A DNA stretch of 32,000 nt from Demequinaceae bacterium (GTDB lineage: Bacteria > Actinomycetota > Actinomycetes > Actinomycetales > Demequinaceae), in NCBI GenBank assembly GCA_965250005.1, contig OZ252279.1, positions 1,650,001 to 1,682,000 of the forward strand, in the 5' to 3' direction. Position numbers and translations under genes: made by a program. The notes below the pieces were generated by a model that was given only the letters and a program-made list of their open reading frames with translations, was not told where the DNA came from and made no database searches. Positions 10,112 through 17,579 of the stretch are shown one piece after another. The first letter of the stretch is position 1. Each line of letters starts with the position of its first letter.

Positions 10112-11431
10112 ATGGCTACCAAGACATCGGCTATCCGCGAGAGCGACCAGGAGGTCGCCGCGGATGGCTCCCAGCGCGAGCGATCGCGTCTCTCTGGCGC
10201 CGACGGCGTCCGGGCTTTCGCGGCCCTAGCCGTGATCTTCCACCATCTGGGCCAGAAGCTGCCCAGCTGGGAGCAAGAGGGCTGGTTGCTGGACTGGCAC
10301 GGCGTTATGGTCAAGGGCGCGATCGGCGTGAGCGTGTTCTTCGTGCTTTCCGGCATGCTGCTCAGCTTCCCGTTCTGGACCGCGTACTTCGAGAAGCGCA
10401 AGATGCCCTCGCTCGCGCACTACGCGAAGCGGCGCGCTCAGCGGATCATGCCCGGCTTTTACGTGGCCCTGCTGGTGAGCTTCTGGGTCGCGGGGATCTA
10501 CTACGACTACGACGACGGCGAGGTGCTTGCGCCCGTGCGGCGCCTGTTCGCGGGCCTCACGTTCACGGCCGGCTTCGACTACGAGACGTTGTTCCCGACC
10601 GAGGTGAACGGCCCGCTGTGGTCCATCTCCTTCGAGGTGATCAGTTACGTGCTCATGCCCATCCTCATGATCGGGCTGTTCCTACTCGCGCGGAAAGTGC
10701 GCGGGCGTGTGGTCGCGTGGGCCTACTGGCTGGCCGGGTTTGGCGGCATTCTGCTGGTCAACCACTGGGTGGTGCAGACCTTCCAGCTCGACAACGCAGG
10801 CAAGGGCTGGCAGTACGGAATTGTGGGCGGGGCCAAGACGTGGATGCCCGAGTACAATCCGGTGGGGTTCTTCGCGCACTTCGCCGTGGGAATCTTGGTG
10901 TCCGCGTTTATTGTGCAGTGGAAGGTGTTCCACGACGGCCGGCGCTCCTGGATGTTCGACGGGCTGGCACTGTTACCCATCGGCGGAATTGCCTACCTGC
11001 TGTGGAAGATGCGCCTGCCGTCCGAGCCCGCGCAGGAGTTCAGCATCGACGGCCAGCCCTACTACTTCCCCACGTTCGCGCTCATGGTGGGTGCGTTGCT
11101 CGCGCTACTCGCGTACTCCAAACTGCTGGGCAGGCTGTTGGACAACCCGTTCATGCGCTACACGGCCAAGATTTCGTTTGGCCTGTACATCTGGCACCAC
11201 CTGATCATGTTCATCGTGACGCGCGAGGTGCGCGGCGACTACTACTACGGCGGGATGACGGACCGGGTGGACCTCGCGATCATTTCTGTGATGGTGCTCG
11301 CCACGTCTTACGCGGTTGCTGCGATCTCCTGGCACGTGGTGGAGCGGCCTGTGCTCGAGGGCGACTGGGGCCGCTGGATAGGGGCTGCGTGGCGCAAACT
11401 TGCGCGTCGGCCGGAGTTCAAGTCCGAGTAG
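10112..11431 (+). CDS. Acyltransferase family 3 integral membrane O-acyltransferase
   Basis: The N-terminal motif DGVRAFAALAVIFHHL and about 10 predicted TM segments are typical of the acyltransferase_3 family. Confidence 0.82.
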   Translation: MATKTSAIRESDQEVAADGSQRERSRLSGADGVRAFAALAVIFHHLGQKLPSWEQEGWLLDWHGVMVKGAIGVSVFFVLSGMLLSFPFWTAYFEKRKMPSLAHYAKRRAQRIMPGFYVALLVSFWVAGIYYDYDDGEVLAPVRRLFAGLTFTAGFDYETLFPTEVNGPLWSISFEVISYVLMPILMIGLFLLARKVRGRVVAWAYWLAGFGGILLVNHWVVQTFQLDNAGKGWQYGIVGGAKTWMPEYNPVGFFAHFAVGILVSAFIVQWKVFHDGRRSWMFDGLALLPIGGIAYLLWKMRLPSEPAQEFSIDGQPYYFPTFALMVGALLALLAYSKLLGRLLDNPFMRYTAKISFGLYIWHHLIMFIVTREVRGDYYYGGMTDRVDLAIISVMVLATSYAVAAISWHVVERPVLEGDWGRWIGAAWRKLARRPEFKSE

Positions 11432-11467
11432 CGCCGATGTCCGGACGGCCTTTGCGTTAGAGGTAGG

Positions 11468-12658
11468 TTGGCGATCGTGGCCAAACAGCCGTCCCAGCAG
11501 AAGTCAGTCGCGCCCCCGTCGGCCGAGTTCCGCAAATTCAGGCGCGCCGTCGCCGCGACGTTCTTTGGAGTTGGCGCGGCGTTCGCTTCTTGGGCACCCC
11601 ACATCCCGTATGTGAGCGAGAAGCACGGACTCGACGAGGCCCAGCTGGGCCAGGTGCTTCTCGCGATGGGCATCGGATCGGTGCTGTCCATGGTGGTTGC
11701 AGGGCCAATCTCTGCGCGCGTCGGGCCGCACAAGGTTACGCTCTGGGCTGGCCTCGGAATTGGAGTGGCGCTGACGCTGCCGGTGCTCGCGCCCAGCGTG
11801 CCGCTCATGGTCGGGGCTCTCGTCGTCCTTGGCGGGGTCATTGGCATCACTGATGTCGCCATGAACGCCGTCGCTGCCGACGTCGAGGTGCGCTACGCGC
11901 GGCCCACCATGTCCTTCTTCCATGGCATGTTCAGCGCGGGCGCGCTCGCCGGATCGGTCGTCGCGTTCCTCGCTCTCAGGGCTGGCGCCACGCCACTTGA
12001 GCACATGGGAGCGGTTGCCGTGATTGTCACTCTCGCCTATCTCCCGAGCCTGCGCGCCCTGCCCGCGCCCGCCGCCGCCGCGACGCATGACAAGGCTGGC
12101 GTCTTCAAGATTCCTACGGGTGCTCTGCTGGTCATCGGGCTGCTCGTGCTTGTTGCGCTTGCCGCCGAGGGCGCAGTGTTCGACTGGAGCGCCAAGCTGT
12201 TGCGTGACGACCTCGCCACCACGGGCGCCGTTGCGGCCCTGGGGTACGGCGCGTTCTCCGTGACAATGGCCGCCGGCCGCTTCGCCGGCGACTGGACCAA
12301 CGCTCACATCGGACCCGTGGCGCTGGTGCGCTGGGGCGCCGCGCTTGCGGCGCTCGGACTGGGCGGCGGGCTGGCGATCGGCACGCCCGCGTCCGTGATC
12401 GCGGGATTCATTGTGATGGGCATCGGACTGGCCAATACGGTGCCGGTGATGTTCACGGCCGGAGCGGCCCGCGGGCGCACGCAGGCCGAGGGGATCGCAG
12501 CAGTGGCCGTGATGGGCTACGTGGGTTTCCTCGTGGCGCCGCCTCTGATCGGTCTGCTCGCGAACGCGACGTCGCTAGCGCAGGCGCTTGGTGTCGTGTC
12601 GGTGGCGCTGGTCGCGGTGGTGCTCACCGCGCGCGCTGTAGCACCGCGCGCGGACTAG
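11468..12658 (+). CDS. MFS transporter
   Basis: About 12 hydrophobic segments in two six-helix halves with Gly/Ala-rich helices. The TTG start comes from the ORF track and the exact start is uncertain. Confidence 0.75.
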   Translation: MAIVAKQPSQQKSVAPPSAEFRKFRRAVAATFFGVGAAFASWAPHIPYVSEKHGLDEAQLGQVLLAMGIGSVLSMVVAGPISARVGPHKVTLWAGLGIGVALTLPVLAPSVPLMVGALVVLGGVIGITDVAMNAVAADVEVRYARPTMSFFHGMFSAGALAGSVVAFLALRAGATPLEHMGAVAVIVTLAYLPSLRALPAPAAAATHDKAGVFKIPTGALLVIGLLVLVALAAEGAVFDWSAKLLRDDLATTGAVAALGYGAFSVTMAAGRFAGDWTNAHIGPVALVRWGAALAALGLGGGLAIGTPASVIAGFIVMGIGLANTVPVMFTAGAARGRTQAEGIAAVAVMGYVGFLVAPPLIGLLANATSLAQALGVVSVALVAVVLTARAVAPRAD

Positions 12659-12723
12659 CCGCCGATAGCGTCCTTGGCGACCCCGACATTCGCTATACAC
12701 GTTGTGCCCAGGCGGGGTCGGCG

Positions 12724-13605
12724 TCAGGTGCGGCGCGAGGTGGGACGCGTGCGCATCCGCAGCGTGAGCCCGAACAGCAGAATCGGCAGAAGCAAGGCAA
12801 GCCAGATTCCGGGCGGGACCGAGGATGGCCCGGTTTGGCGCGGGGAGTAGTCGGCTAGGGCGGCCTCGATCGCGGGCGTCCAGGCGGCCGCGATTTTGGC
12901 GTTGCCGGAGTCGTTGGGGTGCACGCCGTCGTAGGTGTCGGTGCCGCTGTCGAAGCCAGCGTCGAGCACGACCGCCGTCACGGGGGACTTCGCGGTGGTG
13001 ACCTTCTCGGCCCAGGCGAGGATGCGGGGGTTGAGCTGGTCGATAGTGGCGTTGCATGTCGGGCAACGAGTCTTGGCCATCGGCAACATCGTGCCGATCA
13101 GCAACGTGATCTCGGGGTCGTATTCCCGCATTTGGATGAGCAGAACCTGGTACTGGGTGATGACCTCGTCGACGTCCGCACCGGTCCAGACATCGTTGGT
13201 GCCGAGCAGCATGACAATGATGTCCGGCTGACTGCGCGTGAGCAGGCCGGCGAGCGTGATCTTGGACGTAGCCGCGTGCGTGGTCAGGCCAGGGTAGCCA
13301 GCGTTGTTGGCCTCCCAGACGTTGCCCGCAGCGTCCCTGACTTCGCCGCACTCCTCGGGCTTGCGCGGCCCGACTGCGTGGAACCGGTGCCCCGCATTGC
13401 TGAGGGTCTGCCAAATGGTCGCGCGCCAGCAGCCGGGAGAGCCGGTGATCGAGTCGCCAAGGAACATGACGTTTGGCGCCGCGACGTCGTGCGGCGCAGT
13501 GCTTGGGGACGGGTCCGGGGCTGCGGCACCGGGAGCCGCGAACGTGAACGTCATCGCTAGCGTGACGGAGAGCGCGCCAAGCATCTTCAAGGCCGTGAGC
13601 CCCAT
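12724..13605 (-). CDS. Secreted SGNH/GDSL-family hydrolase with a C-terminal membrane anchor
   Basis: I moved the start to the internal ATG (MGLTALKMLGALSVTLAMTFTFAAPGAAAP looks like a signal peptide), which removes the overlap with the HAD gene. Block I FLGDSITG, block III GTNDV and block V DGVHPND are present. The C-terminus is a hydrophobic helix followed by an Arg-rich tail. Confidence 0.8.
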   Translation of the reverse strand: MGLTALKMLGALSVTLAMTFTFAAPGAAAPDPSPSTAPHDVAAPNVMFLGDSITGSPGCWRATIWQTLSNAGHRFHAVGPRKPEECGEVRDAAGNVWEANNAGYPGLTTHAATSKITLAGLLTRSQPDIIVMLLGTNDVWTGADVDEVITQYQVLLIQMREYDPEITLLIGTMLPMAKTRCPTCNATIDQLNPRILAWAEKVTTAKSPVTAVVLDAGFDSGTDTYDGVHPNDSGNAKIAAAWTPAIEAALADYSPRQTGPSSVPPGIWLALLLPILLFGLTLRMRTRPTSRRT

Positions 13606-13616
13606 GACGACGGAGC

Positions 13617-14414
13617 CTAGCCCTCGCGTGGATGCCGACGGCGGCGGGTCAGGACCCACCAGCCCATGCCTACGGCCATCGCGGCCGCTAGGAATCCGGC
13701 GGCCATATTCCGGCGGCGCGCGCTCTCGCGGAGCGCGACCGGCTTGCGGAAGTGAAGCACGCCCCAGCCGTGCTCTGCTGCGGTCTTGCGCATGCCGCGG
13801 TCAGGGTTGACGGCAAACCCGTGGCCGACCACGTTGAGCATCGGCCCGTCCGTGATCGAGTCGGAGTAGGCGTAGCAGCGCTCCAGGTCGTACCCCTTGT
13901 CGCTGGCGAGAGAGCGCATGGCGGCGGCCTTCGCAGGACCGAACGCATACAGGCTGATCTCGCCGGTGTACTTGCCGTCCTTGATCTCCATCTGTGAGCC
14001 GATCGCGTGGTCTGCGCCAAGCAGTTCGGCGATGGGGGCGACCACCTCCATACCGGACGCGGACACGATCACCACGTCGCGGCCATTCGCCTGATGGCGC
14101 CTGATTAGCGCGAGCGCCTCCTCGTATACGACAGGGTCGATCTGCTCCTTGACGGTTTCGCCGACGATCTTCCTGACTTTCGCCACGTCCCAGCCCGTGA
14201 CCACATCGCTCATGGCATCCCGCAGGCGTTCCGTTTGGCGCTCGTCGGCGCCACCGACCATGAAGAGGAACTGCGCATAGGCGGCGCGGATCGCGTCAGT
14301 CCGGCGCAGCAGTCCCTCGTCGAAGAACTCGCGAGAAAATGTGGTCGCCGAGGACGTCGCAATGATGGTCTTGTCCAAGTCAAAGAACGCGGCGGTTCGC
14401 GCGGGCGTGGTCAT
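13617..14414 (-). CDS. HAD-IB family hydrolase (SerB-like) with a C-terminal TM segment
   Basis: I moved the start to the ATG preceded by GGGAGGA. Motif I FFDLDKTII, motif II VIVSAS and the downstream YSDSITDGPML are present. The C-terminus FLAAAMAVGMGWWVL is hydrophobic. Confidence 0.85.
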   Translation of the reverse strand: MTTPARTAAFFDLDKTIIATSSATTFSREFFDEGLLRRTDAIRAAYAQFLFMVGGADERQTERLRDAMSDVVTGWDVAKVRKIVGETVKEQIDPVVYEEALALIRRHQANGRDVVIVSASGMEVVAPIAELLGADHAIGSQMEIKDGKYTGEISLYAFGPAKAAAMRSLASDKGYDLERCYAYSDSITDGPMLNVVGHGFAVNPDRGMRKTAAEHGWGVLHFRKPVALRESARRRNMAAGFLAAAMAVGMGWWVLTRRRRHPREG

Positions 14415-14540
14415 GGGTCCTCCCTCTCTCAGTTTAGGGAGCCGATGCTCCGGTGTCCCCAGGAGCAAGGTTGCGATCTCGCAACGTGTCGGGCGGCAGA
14501 TGCGGTGCTGTAACTCTCGTGGCGGGCGGAACCTGGACTC

Positions 14541-15566
14541 ATGTCGCCTTCACCGACCCATTGGCACGCAGGCCCGCTGCAGATGCTGCTCGAGACTCCG
14601 GGTGTGACCGATGTGCTTGTCAATGGCCCCGAGGACGTGTGGATGGACAGAGGCGTAGGGCTCGAACAGGCGTCCGCACAGTTCGCGGGGGTGGGGGCAG
14701 TGCGTGAACTCGCCGTGCGGCTCGCGTCGCTTGGCGGGCGTCGTCTGGATGACGCGAGCCCGCTCGTGGACGCGCGGCTTCCTGACGGGACTCGGTTGCA
14801 CGCGGCCCTTCCGCCGGTGGTGGACGGGTGCACCAGCATTTCGCTGCGGACCGTGCGGCGCCTCGCGCTCACTCTTGAGGACCTCGTTGTTGGTGGGACC
14901 GTGGCGCCGGCCATGGCGCCGCTGTTGGCGGGACTAGTCGAGCGGCGCGCGAACGTGTTGATTACTGGAGCCACCGGGAGCGGGAAGACCACCCTGTTGG
15001 CGACGCTACTGTCGCGCGTTGACCCTGCTGAGCGCATCATCGTGATCGAAGAGGCGGGAGAGGTCATGCCTGACCATCCTCACGTGGTCCGGCTGGTCGA
15101 GCGACGGGCGAACGTCGACGGCGCGGGCGCGGTTTCGCTTAGCCGCCTGGTGCGCGAGGCGTTGCGTATGCGGCCCGACCGGATCGTGTTGGGTGAATGC
15201 CGGGGGGCGGAAGTCCGAGACGTCCTCACGGCTCTCAACACGGGACACCGCGGCAGTTTCGCGACCCTCCACGCCAATGCCCCTGGCGACGTGCCCGCAC
15301 GGCTGGCCGCTCTCGGCGCGCTAGCCGGAATGGATGCGCGCGCCACGGATCTGCACGCCGCCGCCGCGTTTGATGCGGTCGTGTATCTAGACAAGACCGA
15401 GGCCGGCCGCAGGGTCTCTGAGATCGCGGTTCTTGGGGTGAGGCGTGCGGGAGGTGGCGCCACTGCGTTGACGGTCGAGACGGCGCTGACGGCGGACCCG
15501 TCGGGTGGTGTAGTCGAGGGACCTGCATGGGCTGACATTGGCGTTCCATGGTTGGCCGCCGCGTGA
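14541..15566 (+). CDS. tadA: TadA/CpaF-type secretion ATPase (actinobacterial helicase/secretion-neighbourhood ATPase type)
   Basis: Walker A GATGSGKTTLL, Walker B-like IIVIEE, GECRGAE and the His-box TGHRGSFATLHAN are present. It is followed by platform, pilin and TadE-like genes. Confidence 0.9.
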   Translation: MSPSPTHWHAGPLQMLLETPGVTDVLVNGPEDVWMDRGVGLEQASAQFAGVGAVRELAVRLASLGGRRLDDASPLVDARLPDGTRLHAALPPVVDGCTSISLRTVRRLALTLEDLVVGGTVAPAMAPLLAGLVERRANVLITGATGSGKTTLLATLLSRVDPAERIIVIEEAGEVMPDHPHVVRLVERRANVDGAGAVSLSRLVREALRMRPDRIVLGECRGAEVRDVLTALNTGHRGSFATLHANAPGDVPARLAALGALAGMDARATDLHAAAAFDAVVYLDKTEAGRRVSEIAVLGVRRAGGGATALTVETALTADPSGGVVEGPAWADIGVPWLAAA

Positions 15567-16531
15567 CGCCCGGAGGGCCGGGCGTGGATGCTCGGCTGGG
15601 CCACGCTGAGCTGATCGACGCCGTTGGCCTGCTGCGCGCTGGGGCCTTGCCCAGTGACGTGTGGAGCGAAGTCTTTGGAGTGGAGGAGGGCGCGAACGGG
15701 CTTCCGGTCCTGGCCGGCTCGAGCGAAGGCGACCTAGGTGGGCCCGGGCGGGATGAGGCCGTACGCGCCGCCGTCCGAGCCGCGGCGCAACTTTCGATGG
15801 TCGCGGGAGCCTCGCTCGCCGACGTGCTTGAGCGTGTGGCGTCAACGCTGCGTGACGAGGCCTCAGCAAGACTCGCGCGCGATGTCGCCATGGCGGGGCC
15901 GCGGGCGAGCGCGGCAGTACTCCTGTGGCTCCCGGTCGGTGGGCTGGCGCTCGCGATGGTAGTCGACGGCGGCGCGGCGCGCGTGCTGTTTCTCACGCCT
16001 GTGGGTTGGGTGCTCGCCGCGCTGGCGGCGGGTCTGACCCTCGGCGGGCGGGCTTGGATGAGGTCGCTACTACGGACCGCTGAAGCCGCAGGAACTGGTG
16101 GCGGGCACGTGGCCATGGCGCTCGCACTAACGGAAGCAGCCGTAGGGGCCGGGCTCGACGTGAGCAGCGCAATCGGCGTCGCAGGCGAGTGCCTCGGCGG
16201 GGACGTTGGTCCCCGCCTCCGGGCCACGGAACAGGCGCTGGCACGGGGAGAAGCGTGGGCGCCCGCATGGAGTCGCGCGGGTCCAGACCTGGCCCCCCTG
16301 GAGCGGGCGCTGCGCCACGCCTGGAGGGCAGGCGCCTCTCCCGTACCCGCGCTTCGCGCTGGTGCGGACGCGCTGGCAGAGTCCAGCCGCGCCCAGGGCG
16401 CACGGGCCGCAGCTCAGATGGAGGTGCGGGCCACGCTCCCACTCGCCGTGTGCTTGCTGCCTGCTTTCGTGCTCGTCGGAGTAGTGCCACTGGTGGTTTC
16501 CGTCGCCATCAGTGCGCGGGTGGACCTCTAG
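15548..16531 (+). CDS. Type II secretion system F-domain platform protein, apparent TadB-TadC fusion
   Basis: A single 327-codon frame holds two successive T2SSF-like modules. Each is a helical soluble segment followed by hydrophobic helices: about residues 20-150 ending LLWLPVGGLALAMVV, and about residues 190-327 ending LPLAVCLLPAFVLVGVVPLVV. The start is uncertain; a GTG at 15563 overlaps the tadA stop. Confidence 0.7.
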   Translation: MVGRRVTPGGPGVDARLGHAELIDAVGLLRAGALPSDVWSEVFGVEEGANGLPVLAGSSEGDLGGPGRDEAVRAAVRAAAQLSMVAGASLADVLERVASTLRDEASARLARDVAMAGPRASAAVLLWLPVGGLALAMVVDGGAARVLFLTPVGWVLAALAAGLTLGGRAWMRSLLRTAEAAGTGGGHVAMALALTEAAVGAGLDVSSAIGVAGECLGGDVGPRLRATEQALARGEAWAPAWSRAGPDLAPLERALRHAWRAGASPVPALRAGADALAESSRAQGARAAAQMEVRATLPLAVCLLPAFVLVGVVPLVVSVAISARVDL

Positions 16532-16575
16532 TGGCGAACGTGTTTCGGGATGGACCCGGCAAGAAGGAGAGAACT

Positions 16576-16737
16576 ATGAAGAGAAATGTGCGCAGCGATC
16601 GCGGATCGGCAACCACGGAGTACGCAATGGTGACGGTCGCGGCTGCAGGATTCGCCGGGCTACTGGTGGTGCTACTCAAATCGCCCGAGGTGCGCGACAT
16701 GCTCCTGGGAATCATCAAGTCCTCGCTGGGCGGCTAG
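16576..16737 (+). CDS. Flp-like pilin (DUF4244-type, Rv3656c-like), 53 aa
   Basis: An AAGGAGA RBS at 16564-16570 precedes the ATG at 16576. The product is MKRNVRSDRGSATTEYAMVTVAAAGFAGLLVVLL..., with a Flp-type G/xxxxEY motif followed by a hydrophobic helix. Confidence 0.78.
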   Translation: MKRNVRSDRGSATTEYAMVTVAAAGFAGLLVVLLKSPEVRDMLLGIIKSSLGG

Positions 16738-16741
16738 CCAC

Positions 16742-17083
16742 GTGAGGCGCCGCGCCGCAATGGGCGAGACGGGCGACAGGGGAAGCGCGACGGTGGAGTT
16801 CGCGATGCTTTTGCCAGCCGTCGTCATGATTCTCGCGACCTTGCTTGGGTCCGTTCAGTGGGCTACAGCGCAGATCCGGGTTGAGAGCGCCGCCGCCACG
16901 GCGGCGCGAGTTGCGATCGTAGGGACGGACATCGAGTCGAGGGCAGCCGTCACTCAGGCCGCAGGTTCCGGCGTGCTGGTCTCGATTGTGCGGGACGGCG
17001 CGTGGATCCGCGTGACCGTGACCGCGGCTACCACCTGGGGCCTGCCGGTGCGAGGGACAGCGGTTGCGCTCGCTCAGGAATAG
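16742..17083 (+). CDS. TadE-family pseudopilin-like protein
   Basis: The N-terminus RGSATVEFAMLLPAVVMILATLLG is a TadE-like motif and lies directly after the pilin gene. The start is either the GTG at 16742 or the ATG at 16760. Confidence 0.7.
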   Translation: MRRRAAMGETGDRGSATVEFAMLLPAVVMILATLLGSVQWATAQIRVESAAATAARVAIVGTDIESRAAVTQAAGSGVLVSIVRDGAWIRVTVTAATTWGLPVRGTAVALAQE

Positions 17084-17447
17084 CGGCGAATCGGGCCGCT
17101 CTCGCGAGCACGGGTCCGCGACGCTGGTCATGGTAGCCGTCATTAGCACTGTCGCGGTGCTCGCCGCGTTAGTCGCGTCGGTTGGCGCGGTGCAGGTGGT
17201 CTTGGTGCGAGCTCAGGGGGTTGCTGACGTAGCCTCGATTGCGGGCGCGTACGAGGCTCGAGACCTACGCATCGGTGGGCGCGATGCCACTCAACCCGCT
17301 TGCGCGATCGCCCGCGAAGTCTGTCGCGTGGCGGGTGCAACGCTGGTCACTTGTGTCGCCACCCGAGCCGGGACGGTGACCGTCACCGTGGCGTTGTCAG
17401 CCGCAGGCCTCGCCGTGACGAGGACGGCGAGCGCAGGCACGGGCTAG
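17064..17447 (+). CDS. Rv3654c-type TadE-like protein
   Basis: N-terminus HGSATLVMVAVISTVAVLAALVA, and it is the last gene of the tad-like operon. The TTG start comes from the track and overlaps the previous gene by 20 nt. Confidence 0.62.
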   Translation: MRSLRNSGESGRSREHGSATLVMVAVISTVAVLAALVASVGAVQVVLVRAQGVADVASIAGAYEARDLRIGGRDATQPACAIAREVCRVAGATLVTCVATRAGTVTVTVALSAAGLAVTRTASAGTG

Positions 17448-17473
17448 ACGGAAGCGTGCCTCCTGGGAGAGCA

Positions 17474-17511
17474 AGAGGGCCCGGACTACCAAATGGCGGT
17501 CCGGGCCCTCT
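17474..17511. terminator. Hairpin 1 between the convergent tad operon and the membrane-protein gene
   Basis: AGAGGGCCCGGAC (17474-17486) pairs perfectly with GTCCGGGCCCTCT (17499-17511), giving a 13-bp stem with a 12-nt loop. Confidence 0.55.
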
Positions 17512-17528
17512 CGTCCCCGCAAACGGGG

Positions 17529-17569
17529 CCTGTGCGTGGCGCGAGCTGAGGGACCGCGCCACGCACAGG
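17529..17569. terminator. Hairpin 2 between the convergent genes
   Basis: CCTGTGCGTGGCGCG (17529-17543) pairs perfectly with CGCGCCACGCACAGG (17555-17569), giving a 15-bp stem with an 11-nt loop. It lies 11 nt beyond the stop at 17580. Confidence 0.55.
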
Positions 17570-17579
17570 AACTTGGTGA

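Noticed and set aside
12659-12723. Possible terminator hairpin (CGACCCCG...CGGGGTCG) between the MFS and SGNH genes.
   Set aside because: An 8-bp stem with a ~27-nt loop and no T-tract is too weak to call.
13606-13659. The upstream start of the SGNH hydrolase ORF, and similarly 14415..14468 for the HAD ORF.
   Set aside because: The longer SGNH form would overlap the HAD gene by 43 nt and would place 18 non-signal residues before the signal peptide. The longer HAD form lacks an RBS, whereas the internal ATG follows GGGAGGA.
15235-16227. A minus-strand 330-aa ORF antisense to tadA and tadBC.
   Set aside because: Its Ala/Arg/Pro/Ser-rich translation has no motifs. The sense strand carries clear TadA and T2SSF features in operon context.
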